Assembly (NCBI GenBank): GCA_038087875.1
Contig: JAXLNO010005073.1
Location: forward strand, 186,001-250,000
Source: Malacoraja senta
Lineage: Eukaryota
Direction: 5' to 3'
Length of the DNA: 64,000 bases
Shown: positions 24,165 through 37,256 of the stretch, piece by piece
How the letters are laid out: each line of letters starts with the position of its first letter
Numbering within the stretch: position 1 is the stretch's first letter
The notes under the pieces: model-generated
The model's database searches: none
Told to the model about the DNA's origin: nothing
Seen by the model: the letters and a program-made list of their open reading frames with translations, nothing else
Translations under genes and position numbers: made by a program

Positions 24165-26006
24165 AGTCCAGATTCCGGGCATTCAGGTCTGGAGATGCAG
24201 TGGTCTACAAGAAGTTCAGATACGACCTTGGTAAGGCCAACAAAAGTCCAAAAGGGACTTCTGCTCCAAGCTGGAGGATGAGACGGATGTTCGGCAACTG
24301 TGGTAGGGCTTGAATGCCATCACCTCCAACAAGGCAAAATCAGGAGGCAGCTCAAATGTCAGCGAAACATCACTCCCTGATGAGCTCAATGCGTTTTACG
24401 CACGTTTTGATAGGGAGAACACCGATGTGCCTTCCCGAGCCCCCATTCGCTGTGATGGTATTTCAGTCTCAGTCACAGAGGCCGACGTCAGGAAATCCTT
24501 CAGAGGGGTGAACCCTCGAAAAGCGCCTGGACCTGATGGTATACCTGGTCGTGTTCTAAAAACCTGTGTGGACCAACTGGCTGGAGTTTTTACGGACATT
24601 TTCAACCTCTCACTTCTGAGGTCTGAGGTTCCCACCTGCTTTAACAGGGCATCAATTATACCAGTGCCTAAGAAGAGCAAGGTGACGTGCCTCAATGACT
24701 ATCGACCTGTGCCACTAACGCCTGTGGAGATGAAGTGCTTTGAGAGGTTGATCATGACGCAGATAAACTCCTACCTCGACAAAAACCTGGACCCACTGCC
24801 GTTCGCTTACCGCCACAACAGATCAACGGTGGATGCGATCTCGCTGGCTCTCCACTCCGCTCTGGACCACTTGGACAACACAAACTCATATGTCAGGCTG
24901 TTATTCATCGATTACAGGTCGCCATTTAACACAATCATCCCCTCCAAGCTGGTTACCAAACTCTCAGATCTGGGTCTCTGCGCATCCCTCTGCAATTGGA
25001 TCCTCAACTTCCTCATTCACAGACCACAGTCTGTTCGTATTGGTGGAAATGTGTCAGACTCGATAACAATCAGCACGGGAGCACCTCAAGGCTGCGTGCT
25101 CAGCCCCCTGCTGTACTCACTCTATACTCATGACTGCGTAGCCGGACATAGTGCGAACTCCATCATCAAGTTCGCTGATGACACCGCTGTTGTGGGACGT
25201 ATCACTGATGAGGACGAGTCAGAGTATAGAAGTGAGATCGACCGATTGACCAAATGGTGCCAGCACAATAACCTGGCCCTCAACACCAGCAAAACCAAGG
25301 AATTTGGAAGGGGTAGGATGGGGGCCCACAGTCCCGTTTATATCAACGGGTCGATGGTGGAAAGGGTCAAGAGCTTCAAATTCCTGGGCGTGCATATTTC
25401 TGAAGATCTCTCCTGGTCCCAGAACACTGATGCAATTATAAAGTGAGCTCATCAGCGCATCTACTTCCTGAGAAGATTACGGAGAGTCGGTTTGTCAAGG
25501 AGGACTCTCTCGAACATTTACAGGTGCACAGTAGAGAGCATGCTGACTGGTTGCATCGTGGCTTGGTTCGGCAACTTGAGCGCCCAGGAGCGGAAAAAGC
25601 TACAAAAAGTAGTAAACACTGCCCAGTCCATCATCGGCTCTGACCTCCCTTCCATCGAGGGGATCTATCGCAGTCGCTGCCTCAAAAAGGCTGGCAGCAT
25701 CATCAAGGACCCACACCATCCTGGCCACACACTCATCTCCCCGCGACCTTCAGGTAGAAGGTACAGGACCCTGAAATCTGCAACATCCAGGTTCAGGAAC
25801 AGCTGCTTCCCCACAGCCATCTGGTTATTAAACACAACTTCAAACAAACTCTGAACTATAACAGCCTATTGCACTTTATCTGTTTATTTATGTGTGCATA
25901 TATGTATATATATTCTATGGTACATGGACACACTGATCTGTTCTGTATTTATGCCTACAATATTCTGTTGTGCTGCAACAAGCAAGAATGTCATTGTCCC
26001 ATCTGG
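24165..26006 (+). mobile_element. Rex1/Babar LINE, 5' truncated, RT ORF 24310-25446 plus C-terminal frame
   Basis: KAPGPDG, NDYRPVPLT, GAPQGCVLSPLLY, KFADDT motifs. Confidence 0.92.
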
Positions 26007-26063
26007 GACTTGACCTGTACAAACCACTACTCACTCTGAATCTCATTGATCTGTTTTTCACAG

Positions 26064-26333
26064 TTGAGGCAAGTCCACAGAGGCCTCTGCTGGGCAGTGA
26101 CGTCACACTCAGCTGCACCATCTCCAGACTCTCAGATACAGTCAGTCTTCACTGGAGACCCATGGACTCATCCCAGCAGAACAGGAGCGACACTGATCAG
26201 ATCCGCCTGGATAACACGGTCTATCTGATGGTTCAACACGTTACAGTGGGGGATGGGAAGCTGTATGTGTGTGATGTGCAGGAAAACGGAAACATTGTTC
26301 ACACAAGTAATGGAGATTTTACTGTAGTCAACG
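26064..26333 (+). CDS. Ig domain D2, C2-type
   Basis: TTTTTCACAG acceptor, G/GTGAGT donor; VTLSC..LHW..LYVC. Confidence 0.9.
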
Positions 26334-26970
26334 GTGAGTGTAAACACCTCCCATTGGATATCAAGTAGACACTTGTATCACGGTGCTTCTTGTAATATTA
26401 TGTGTGTGCCCTGTGAAGAATTGTGGCATTCAGCTGGGAGCAGGACCCGGGAACAGGGAAGAACAGGGAATCAATGGGTGTGAATGGGAGAGGGATGGTG
26501 GGAATAATGGGAATGAAGGGACGGGAAGACCCGACCTACTTGAAGTGCGAACCTGTCCGGGTCAGTCCCCACGCAGGCATCCTCTGGGCTGCTTCTGTCC
26601 GCAGCCTGAACCTGCACCACCTCTTGCAGACAAACTGACAGAGACATTCACCTCCCAGACCGCTCTCGGGAGTCTCCGGGAGGTTTCATTCCATCCCGGG
26701 AGATTCCCGGACAGTCCGGGTGTGGGGGCGAACCTAATGTTGAAATGTAGAGTGGAATATCCAAACTTCACTGCAATTTACTGCCGTACAGGACATTGTA
26801 TTTTATAAAGATCTGATGAGTTTAGTGCGGCATTCATGAAAGATGTTACATTTGAAACTTGATCAGCTGAACAAAACACCACGAATGTTTATAAGAATAC
26901 GGTTGAGAATCTCTGTATGGCACGGTAACTGTAATACTGAAAGGAGTTATCCTCTGTCTCTCTGATACAG

Positions 26971-27312
26971 ATTTATATAGGGAGATATACACACTTTACC
27001 GCTCCAGCACAGATCACAGTTAACTTCACCTGGTTTGTTCTGTGAGTTATGGTGATAGCTATTCCCGTGCTGAGTGGACCTGGACACCTCGTCGCCTTCA
27101 ACAACACAAAGAAATAGCATCTGCAGAACGTTCTCAGCCCATCAATGTCAAAGGGACCGACTTCAGGAATCGACTGGTGAGCTCAGGGAAACCCTTCGAT
27201 GGCGAGGATTTCAGTGTGAGGATTGTCCCCGTTGTGTTTCAAGATGCCGGAGTTTACGCATGTTTTCTGGAATCATATCCATTTCTCACCATTGATCTAA
27301 TCACAGTGAAAG
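26971..27312 (+). CDS. Ig domain D3, V-type, with premature TAA at 27021-27023
   Basis: TGATACAG acceptor, G/GTAGGA donor; LVC..EWTW..FSVRI..DAGVYAC; paralog has CAA (Gln) at the stop position. Confidence 0.85.
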
Positions 27313-27390
27313 GTAGGAGACAGAATGTTGCCACTGAGTTTACTGATGAACTTATTGTTTAAAATGTAAACAACCTGCTTGTTTCCACAG

Positions 27391-27651
27391 TCACAGCTGA
27401 ACCGTCTGATGCAGTGACTGAGGGAGACACCGTTACCCTGACCTGCACTGTGTCTCACGTCACTGGGTCAATGAGACTGGTTTGGATCAATGGCGATGGC
27501 AAAAGTGTTGGAGAAAAGACACTGACTGTGGAAGAGAAATCACAGAGTCTGGTTATTCAGAAAGCTGAGAGAGGCAGAAGGAACTGGAGATGTGGTTTGT
27601 TTCATCAAGACCTGCCCCGGCTTGTTGTCCCGTACTATCAGGAGCCCCGTG
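27391..27651 (+). CDS. Ig domain D4, C2-type with WxC
   Basis: TTTCCACAG acceptor after a 78-bp intron, G/GTAAGT donor; VTLTC..LVW..NWRC. Confidence 0.9.
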
Positions 27652-28666
27652 GTAAGTGATAAGGGTTTGTTCTTCATACTTAGAGTCATGATTGAGTTTT
27701 GATGTCGCTTATTGATCCTGAAATTTGAGTGGAATATTTTCTTCCAGTTTGAGTGGTCTAACTGTTATGATCAATGAATTCTCAAATTTCAAATAACACT
27801 TCCCGAACCCCACTTCTCCCCCCCCCCCCACCCTTCATTGTGCACGCATTTATCCCACCACCCAGTTATCCTATTCTCTTCCCTTCCTCTTTCAACTCAT
27901 CTCCCACCCCTTCCAATTGCAGAGTTTTCCTTTTATGTTCTTGCTCCACTTCCACCCATATCCCTCCCTCTGTTACTGATCTGACTGTAGATCAGTCAGT
28001 ATTAGTTGACCTGATCTATGTCATGTTTTACTGCATGCCGCTGTGTACTCGAACAGTCATCATATTATCTGGTCTGTTAGTCCAGCCTCTAGTTAGATTC
28101 GTTGCTGAGCTTGAGCTTACAACACCTAAGTATTTGAGCTCTGTGTGTTTACTATAACAAACAACTTCTTCTTATGTATGGATCCTGTTATTACACATGT
28201 TTATACTGACAACCTTTTGTCTCCATTTCACCCCTCCATTTTGTCATTATCTCAATCCATCTACTCATCACCATTCCCCACCTGTATCCACCTATCACTC
28301 ACCATGCTTTGTCTCATGCCTACTTCCCTTCCCCAGTTGTCACTCTCCCATTCCATCAGTCTGAGAATGCATCCTGACATGAAACGTCATCAATCCATTC
28401 CCTCCACAGATGCTGCCTGACCCATTGAGTTTCTCCAACACTTTGCGTTTGATCAACATTCCACAATCTGCAGTTTCTTGTGTCTCCATTGAGACCCACT
28501 GGTCAACGTGGACAGATTGCTGCAGAGGGCCTGTTTCCATGCTGTTCCATGATGATGAATTATAACGTACAACTTAGTAAAGATTAATTCTCTGCAATAT
28601 TGCTACTGACAAGGTCAGTGAAAAATTATTGTCCAACATTTACACATTTGTTCTCTTTTCCTACAG

Positions 28667-29011
28667 GAAGTGGACATTATATGTACTTTTTCCATCAGGA
28701 AGGCAACTTTGTATTGAAAGGACCAGACAGTCCTGGAAATGGCCCCATTGACTTGGAATGGAGGCCACACTCAGGGCAACAAACCACAAAGCGATTGGCC
28801 ACTTTCCACAGAGAAGATCAGCAGTGGGACGTACAATGGAGTGATGAGTACAATCAAATACCAGGCATTTCCCAGAGGATGCATGCGGACTGGGGTACCC
28901 TTAATCCGAGGATCAGGATGCCAACATTCAAACTTGCAGGACTGTTCACCTGGACTCAAACAGAGCCCGCTGGGAAAATCCTGAGACAGTGGGAACTATT
29001 TGGGATCAAAG
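28667..29011 (+). CDS. Ig domain D5, cysteine-less V-like
   Basis: TTTTCCTACAG acceptor, G/GTAATA donor; FVLKGPD..LEWRPHSG..PTFKLAGLFTWTQTEP. Confidence 0.85.
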
Positions 29012-29622
29012 GTAATAGAGTCATAGTGTCACACAGCACTGAAACAGGCCCTTTGGCCCAATTCATCCATACTGACCAACTACCCATCTAAACATCCCAT
29101 TTGCCCTCATTTGGCCCATATCCCTTCAACCTTTATTTCCATATACCTGTTTAAATGCCCTTTAAATGCTGTACCTGCATCAAACACTTCCTCTGCTCGA
29201 TCTTTCCATAAAGTATGTTTAGGTACCACACTCTTTGTCAAAACTGCCCCTAATATTAAGGGGTATATCAAATCTGCCCCTCTCACCTTAAACATGTACT
29301 ATCTAGTTGTTGATTCCCCAACCCTGGACAAAAGACCATGTGCGTTTACTATAGATATGCCTCTCATGATTTCATTCACTCCCATATAATCTCTGTTAAA
29401 GAATCCAAGAAATATAATGTCTGAAGAAGGGTCTCAACCTGAAACGTCACCTATCTATGTTCTCTAGAGTTCAAAGGTCTTTTATTGTCACGTGTAACAA
29501 TTAAGGGGCAGTGATATTCATATTACCAGACCTGCTGAATTACTCCTGCACTTTATGTCCTTTTATATATTAACCAGCATCTGCAGTTCTGTGTTTCTAC
29601 TATACTAAAAACATCCCTACCT

Positions 29623-30003
29623 GGAAGTGTTGATGTGGGAGACGAGGGGGCGAGGGGGACAGGTGGTCACTACCAGGAAGTGTTGATGTGGGAGACGAGG
29701 GGGCGAGGGGGACAGGTGGTCACTACCAGGAAGTGTTGATGTGGTAGACGAGGGGGTGAGGGGGACAGGTGGTCACTACCAGGAAGTGTTGATGTGGGAG
29801 ACGAGGGGGCGAGGGGGACAGGTGGTCACGACCAGGAAGTGTTGATGTGGGAGACGAGGGGGCGAGGGGGACAGGTGGTCACTACCTGGAAGTGTTGATG
29901 TGGGAGACGAGGGGGCGAGGGGGACAGATGGTCACTACCTGGAAGTGTTGATGTGGGAGACGAGGGGGCGAAGGGGGCAGATGGTCACTACCAGGAAGTG
30001 TTG
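29623..30003. repeat. 53-bp G-rich minisatellite, 7 copies
   Basis: GGAAGTGTTGATGTGGGAGACGAGGGGGCGAGGGGGACAGGTGGTCACTACCA repeats at 29623+53n. Confidence 0.95.
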
Positions 30004-30128
30004 AAGACATCACTGAGCACGGTAGCTCAACATTCAGCCGACTGTCAGTCTGCAGGAAAAAGACAATTCTGCCCACAGTAGTTCAGAAAGCTGTTGGTGA
30101 ACTGAACCACATGTGTCTGTTTCCGCAG

Positions 30129-30401
30129 TTGAGGCCGACTCACCGAGGCCAGTGATGGGCAGTGACATCACCCTCAGCTGTACCATCTCCAGACTCTCAG
30201 ATACCATCAGTCTTCACTGGAAACCAAGAGGCTCATCTCAGCAGAACAGGAGGAGCAACACTGATCAAATCCATCTGATTAACGCCGTCTATCTGATGAT
30301 CCAACATGTTGGAGCAGGAAATCCCAATCTGTACACATGGGAAGTGCAGGAAAATACCTCCATTATTCTCACTGGAGACACCAATGTCGAAGTGGATCAG
30401 G
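30129..30401 (+). CDS. Ig domain D6, C2-type, second Cys replaced by Trp
   Basis: TTTCCGCAG acceptor, G/GTGAGT donor; ITLSCTISRLSDTISLHW; LYTW versus LYVC in D2. Confidence 0.88.
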
Positions 30402-30721
30402 GTGAGTCCAAAGCTGCCTTGCAGCAGGTATTAAATAGATCTTGATATCAAACTGTTCCACATGTTGTATAGTGAGCACTGACTCCACCCGTGGGCTTCC
30501 ACACTGCAGGATGTGGACATTGCCTTTACCCTGGGACATGGTGTAAATATAAAATGGTGGTACTAAGATTGATGGAGCCACACAGGAGAACCAAGAGATT
30601 CATTTCAGTTCACCTGCATGAATCAAAGAGAATAATATCCAGTGATGGAAATAACATCTAGTTTTCAGTGTATAACAGAACAGGAAAATATGAACTAATT
30701 CAAGTATAAATGCAGAGGAAA

Positions 30722-31395
30722 TATCAGAATCAGAATCACATTTTATTGGCCACGTAATAATACACAGGGAATTTGACAGTGCTTTGCTCGCATAAGGTAA
30801 AAACACGATATACAACAGACAATTAAAAATAAAACATTATAATTTAAACATGTGAATATAAAGTACCGGAGTAAAAAGAGGCTACCGACTTTTGGCTGTT
30901 GAGTAGAGCTACGGCTCGTGGGAAGAAGTTGTTTTTATGTCTGGCTGTGGCTGCTTTGACAATCAGGACTCACCTGCCAGAGGGAAGTGATTCAAAGAGT
31001 TTGTGGCCTGGGTGAGAGGGGTCAGAGATGATCTTGCCCGCTCACTTCCTGGCCCTTGCAGTGTACAGTTCATCAATGGAGGGAATGTTGCAGCCAATAA
31101 CCTTCTCTGCTGATCGGACGATTCGCTGCAGCCTCCAGGTATCGTGCTTGGTGGCTGAGCCAAACCAGACCATGATGGAGAAGGTGAGGACAGACTCTAT
31201 GATGGTAGTGTAAAACTGGACCATCATTGCCTGTGGCAGGTTGTGTTTCCTCAGCTGCCGCAGGAAGTACATCCTCTGTTGGGACTTTTTGACTGTGGAG
31301 TCGATGGTGGCCTCCCAATTAAGGTTGCTGGAGATGATGATTCCGAAGAAATTAAATGACTCCACAGTTGTGACTGTGGTGTTGTTGAAGATGAG
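30722..31395 (-). mobile_element. Rex1/Babar LINE 3' fragment
   Basis: ORF 31042-31365 KKSQQRMYFLRQLRK..FYTTIIESVLT; (ATTCTG)n tail. Confidence 0.8.
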
Positions 31396-31469
31396 TGGGG
31401 GAGGGGAGGGGGAGCTCTACAATCAGGAGGGGATGATTGAGTCTACAATCAATTCCACTGTCTATAGAG

Positions 31470-31935
31470 CACTGAGCTTCAGGTTGTTACGATGTCAACA
31501 GGACACCAGCTTTATGATTAGGGTGACTTGGACATCTTGCTGAAGTAAGCATGCAGGTACAGCAGGCAATGGAGAAAGCGAATGGCATGTTGGCCTTCAT
31601 AGCGAGATGATTCGAGTATAGGAGCAAAGAGATCCTACTGCAGTTGTACGGGGCCCTGGTGAGACCACACCTGGAGTATTGTGTGCAGTTTTGGTCTCCT
31701 AGTTTGAGAAAGGACATTCTTGCTATCGAGTGAGTGCAGCATAGGTTCACCAGGTTAATTCCTGGAATGGCGGACTGACATATGATGAAAGAATGGATCG
31801 ATTGGGTATATATTCACTGAAATTTAGAAGGATGAGAAGGGATCTTATAGAAACGTATAAAATTATTAAGGGATTGGGCAGGCTAGATGCAGGAAAAATG
31901 TTCCCCATGTTGGGCGAGTCCAGAACCATGGGTCC
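31470..31935 (+). mobile_element. CR1 ORF2 3' fragment
   Basis: GTGAGACCACACCTGGAGTATTGTGTGCAGTTTTGGTCTCC encodes [13 protein letters not shown]. Confidence 0.8.
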
Positions 31936-32040
31936 CAGCTGACATCCCAGAGCCGGGGGTTTGTCCCTGTGGAAACTCACAACATTGTATCTCGGCGTGT
32001 GTGGAAATCTAATTCTTTGTTCCCTGTCCCTATCTTGCAG

Positions 32041-32379
32041 GTTTACATAACAAGACGTACACAGTTTATCGCTCAGTCACAGATCACAGTCAACTCGACC
32101 TGATTTGTGAAGCTTCTCCTGAGCTCATTGAAACCAAATGGACTTGGAGATCACCACGTTTCCAGAATCAAGAGAAGGAAATAGCTTCTTCTCACAGGTC
32201 TGGGCCGATACATGTCAACAGGAGCTACTTTGGGAATCGACTGGAAACCATAGAGGGAAATGTGAATGGCAAGAATTTCCATGTGAGGATTGTCCCCGTG
32301 CAGTTTGCAGATGCCGGAGTTTACACATGTTCCACGGGATCAAATATATATGTGACCATTGAACTAATCACAGTTACAG
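32041..32379 (+). CDS. Ig domain D7, V-type, intact (missed by the ORF track for lack of a start codon)
   Basis: TCTTGCAG acceptor, G/GTAGGA donor; GLHNKTYTVYRSVTDHSQLDLIC..KWTW..FHVRIVPVQFADAGVYTC..IELITVT. Confidence 0.9.
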
Positions 32380-33186
32380 GTAGGAGACTGGATGTTACTA
32401 CTTTCAAGAATTAAGTTACTGGTGTAGAGTTTCTAATCTGAGTGCAGACTGCAATGTCAGCAGAAATTCCCAAGTTTGAAGAATTATTTTACCTCCAGAG
32501 CTTCCTCTTCAACTTATTTGTATTTTGCTGAACCCAAAATCTGCTCTAAACCAACATTATTGGGAAGCACATCAAATGTTATTTTCATTTATTTTGCTGA
32601 AAACGCATTGTTTTATACATAAGAGAGGGAATATGATGAAATGTGATTCACAAAGGTGCAAATGAGCTTCTATCGAAAATATTTAAAAATCATTCAACTT
32701 CACTTAATACATTCCCCAAGTTTCTTTGACCCCAAACGACCCATCCTAATTTTTGAAGGCTCACTGGACGCTTAAAACTGAGTGTATTTTGTGGAATGTA
32801 TCGATTAATATTTACCTGGATGAGTGTTGTGGCCAAAACTGTGGCCAGAGACAATGATGTGGGCATTGGTTGCTCTTTGTATAATTAGTTCAAAACTGTT
32901 GTGAATGATTATGGAAAAGACACTTGGAGAGGTACATGGATGGGAAAGGTGCAGAGGGATATGGGCCAAATGTGGGAACATATTTTAGATGGAGCATCTT
33001 GGTCAGCATGGATGAGTTGGGCTGAATGGACAGAATTGTTTCATGCTGTATGACTATGCCTCTAACTCTTGTTGTGTAATATAATTTTCCACACTTAGAA
33101 CGCCAGATACTGGTGTCAAAGTACTGAGAAAAATGCAACACAATCCAGACAAAATTCATTGTTTTACGATTTTCTTCTTTCCACAG

Positions 33187-33456
33187 TCACAACTGAACCA
33201 TCTAGCGCAGTGACTGAGGGAAGAAACATTACCTTGACCTGCTCTGTGTCTCATGTCACTGAGTCAATAAGACTGGTTTGGATCAATGATGAAGGCAAAG
33301 TTGTAGAGCAGAAAAATCTCATTCAAACAAAGCAGGAGAATAATTCTTTGCAGCTGATTATTGCAATAGCTGATGGAGTAAGAAGGAAATGGACATGTGG
33401 TTTGTTTCATCAAAGAACAGCCAAGGTTGTCATTCCATATAATCTGCAGGTGAACA
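33187..33456 (+). CDS. Ig domain D8, C2-type with WxC
   Basis: TTTCCACAG acceptor, A/GTAAGT donor; ITLTC..LVW..KWTC. Confidence 0.9.
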
Positions 33457-33539
33457 GTAAGTTTCTTAGCTTCTGCTCTTCGTTATCTCGACACAGAGTT
33501 CTTGTCACGTTGCTATTCTTTTTGGATAACTTTTAACAT

Positions 33540-33900
33540 TCCATGTCTTACTGCAAGTAGAGCATAATCATAGACATTTCCTTCAAACCTCTTGTCCATG
33601 CCTATAAGGTCACTTCTATTGTAAGTCGTCCAGGTCTCTGAAGCACATGGGAGCACATGGATCACTACTGCTGGCAGACCACTGACCAAGACCTGTGTTG
33701 GCCATCTCATTGAAGGTGATCGGGAATTGCATCATCAATGTCTGTCCTTGTTGATAAGTGTCTCCACAGGTATGAAAACTGGTCCAGTAGTATGAACACC
33801 AGTGTGTCACTGTGAACCTTTTTGTCAGAGGTCAGTATAGTAAGGTGGGCAGCTTGGTGGAAGATCTTTGCCATAACACCCAAACTGTGCCACTTAAAGA
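33540..33900 (-). mobile_element. Degenerate RTE-clade LINE fragment
   Basis: FSYLWRHLSTRTDIDD and ASETWTTY match RTE RT C-terminal motifs. Confidence 0.6.
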
Positions 33901-34074
33901 TCACAAACATATTGAAAATCATCTTACAAATAGTTGTACACGTTTCTTTCCCCTGTTCTGATGCTGTAAAACATTACAGCGGTTGAAGCATCCACAGTAA
34001 CTTCACCAAAGGCTGCCATGTGAGAACAGAAGATGTGGGGGAGGGAATATTGATGTCTTCACCTTGTCTGACCA

Positions 34075-34376
34075 TGGCGGCTCAGTGGTAGGGTTGCTGC
34101 CTTACAGCGCCAGGGACCCGGGTTCAATCCTGACTACAGGTGCTGTCTGTATGGAGTTTGTACCTTCATCCCGTGCCCTGTGTGGGTTTTCTCCAGGATT
34201 TCCGGTTTTCTCCCAAATTCCAAAGATGTACAAGTCTGTAAGTTAATAGGCTTGGTTTAATTGTATGTTCTCCCTGGTGTGTGTAGGATAGTGTTAGTCT
34301 GTGGGAATCGCTGGTTGGTGTGGACTCGGCGAGCAGAAGGACTTGTTTCCCCGCTGTATCTCTAAACTAATCTAAA
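34075..34376 (+). mobile_element. V-SINE (HE1-like)
   Basis: tRNA head GGCGGCTCAGTGGTAGGG..GGGTTCAATCC, V-domain, CTAAA tail. Confidence 0.85.
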
Positions 34377-35569
34377 CACGCCCTTTCCTCCCAATCCCAC
34401 CCATCCATTAATCCCTGCCCTTCATGTGGCCCCAAGCCATCGGTGAAAGACATGTTGTACAATGCTGACATAAGGCAAAGCACTGACCCCTAACAGAGGA
34501 AGATCCTGTAAACACCCAGGCACAAAGAAACAATCTCCACCACACATAGATCAATCAAGAGTCAGTGAAGTACAAAGTGGAAAGTATCAATGTCCCAACA
34601 GGAACACTTTAATTCCTCACAGATAATGACATCATCCAATAATAGAATTGTGGAATGGTTGTAGCACAGAAGGTGGCCATTTGACCCATCATATCCATGC
34701 TAACTCTCATCCAGTGCAACTCGCTAATTCTACCCCCTCTCCTTTTGCCATTACATTGCAGCTTTTTCATCATTATATATTTGTCCAATTATCTCTGGAA
34801 AGCCACGGTAGAACCCAGCTCCCCAACTGATGCAGAAAGTACACTTTAGACTCCAACTACCTGCTGCCTAAAAAGATTGTCCTCAAGTCATTCTAGCATG
34901 TTTTCCCCTTTATTTTAAACCTATAACATTTTGTGCTCAGCCTTTCCACTGAAGGGAGCATCCTTCCACAATCCATTCTGTTCAGACTGAATAAATGATG
35001 CATAAATGAACAATGATGCCATTGATGTGATGAAAGAGCATTATTGACTCTTGTCTTCAAACTCTCTCTTCAGTGTGCCATGGTAATAACTGGACAGAGA
35101 ACAGCCATAAAAAGAATCTTAATTATACCAACCATGTTTACTGTTTAGTTTAGAGATACAGAGCGGAAACAGGCCCTTCGGCCCACCGGGACCACGCCAA
35201 CCAGCGATCCCCGCATATTAACACTATCCTACACCCACTAGGGACAATTTATACATTTACCAAACCAATTAAAGGGACGGAGATATCAATCAGTGAGTGA
35301 ATAGATTAGTTGGTGTGTGGAATTAATGCATGGATCAACCATCTCCAATTTTACACTAGAAACACAGGAAGATGTGTTCATTAGGATTGCAATAATAATG
35401 TGTTCAACCTCATTGACATCAGTAAGCAATGGTTACATGCACAGTACAGTTTTAGTACTTGAAGACCAAAATTAATTTTAGGAGTTGAAAATCGTAATGA
35501 AAAATCATAATAATAATCAGCAGGACAGATAGCAACTGTGAAAGAGGAACAACTGTGAAAGAGGAACAA

Positions 35570-36340
35570 AACCAAGGAACTGATTGTGGACTTTGGAAGG
35601 GGTAGGATGGGGACCCACAGTCCCGTTTATATCAATGGGTTGATGGTGGAAAGGGTCAAGAGCTTCAAATTCCTGGGCGTGCACATCTCTGAAGATCTCT
35701 CCTGGTCCGAGAACACTGATGCTATTATAAAGAAAGCACATCAGCGCCTCTACTTCGTGAGAAGATTACGGAGAGTCGGTTTGTCAAGGAGGACTCTCTC
35801 TAACTTCTACAGGTGCACAGTAGAGAGCATGCTGACCGGTTGCATCGTGGCTTGGTTCGGCAACTTGAGCGCCCAGGAGCGAAAAGGACTACAAAAAGAT
35901 GTGACCATTGCCCAGTCCATCACCGGCTCTGACCTCCCTACCATAGAGGGGATCTCTCGCAGTCGCTGCCTCAAAAAGGCTGGCAGCATCATCAAGGACC
36001 CACATCATCCTCGCCACACACTCATCTCCCCGCTACCTTCAGGTAGAAGGTACAGGAGCCTGAAGACTGCAACGACCAGGTTCAGGAATAGCTACTTCCC
36101 CACAGCCATCAGGCTATGAAACTCAACTCAAACAAAAATCTGAACATTAATAGCCCATTATCTGTTTATTTGCACTTTATCAGTTTATTTATTCATGTGT
36201 GTATATATTTATACAATGGTATATGGACACACTGATCTGTTCTGTATTCATGCCGTCTATATTCTGTTGTGCTGAAGCAAAGCAAGAATTTCATTGTCCT
36301 AACTGGGACACACGACAATAAACTCTCTTGAATCTTGAAT
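35570..36340 (+). mobile_element. Rex1/Babar LINE 3' fragment
   Basis: ORF 35586-36119, same family as 24165-26006; (CTTGAAT)n tail. Confidence 0.9.
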
Positions 36341-37148
36341 CTTGAGTCCAGCCATGATCGCATTAAATGTAGGTGCTGGCTCGAGGGGCTGAATGGCCTA
36401 CTCCTGCACCTATTGTCTATTGTCAAAGATCCTTTCTTTGAATCTGACAACGGTTTTTTCATCATAAAACATGAACTCACTTCTTTCCCTTTCCACGGAT
36501 ACTGCTCAAACGGCTGAGTATTTCTAACCTTTACAGTTCTTGTGCTCCTGGTTAGAGAGGATTGAAGCTGGAGGGCAATATCCACTCTGTTGTCAGCAGT
36601 GCTCATTCAACCATTGTTCCAGGCTTAGAATATGATAGACATTTGTCCACTGTACAGTGGGAAGTATCACAGCTGAATCAGCTACTTTATCAACCATCAG
36701 CTCCCATCTCATGCCTGAGAAATGGCAGCTGATTGTAACCAAGAAATAGAAACTTGTGTGAATGTTTACAGTCTCTAACTGATGGCTACTGAGGCAAGTT
36801 GTGGCTCTCTGATCTTTCTGAGTACGGTCAATTAATCTGGGGGGGAAAAGACGCAATGTGCTGGAGTAACTCAACGGGTCAGGCGGAATCTCTGGAGAAC
36901 ATGGATAGGTGAGGTTTTGGGTCTGGACCCTACTTAAGACTAAAGGGCTGAGTTTCTCCAACACTTTGTGTCTTTTATTGGTAAACTGTCATCTGCAGTA
37001 CCTTGTGTCTCAGTGAATCTGGATCACAAGTTAAACTCAAGACTTCTGATCTAAATTAGTCAGTGTGGTTAATGCCTGGTCTTTGGGGGAGCTTTTGAAC
37101 GATGTCCATTTATTCTACAAATGTGAACTGTGTTTATTATTTTGACAG

Positions 37149-37256
37149 GGAATCACCATTTTATAATCAGATTTGTTGTAATTATCGGGGGTCTGGCTGT
37201 TCTCATCATCATTATACTGGCAGTGGAGTTCTGTCAAAGAAAGCGCAAGCCTACAG
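37149..37256 (+). CDS. Transmembrane exon RNHHFIIRFVVIIGGLAVLIIIILAVEFCQRKRKPT
   Basis: TTTTGACAG acceptor, G/GTAAAG donor, hydrophobic stretch followed by Cys and basic stop-transfer. Confidence 0.88.
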
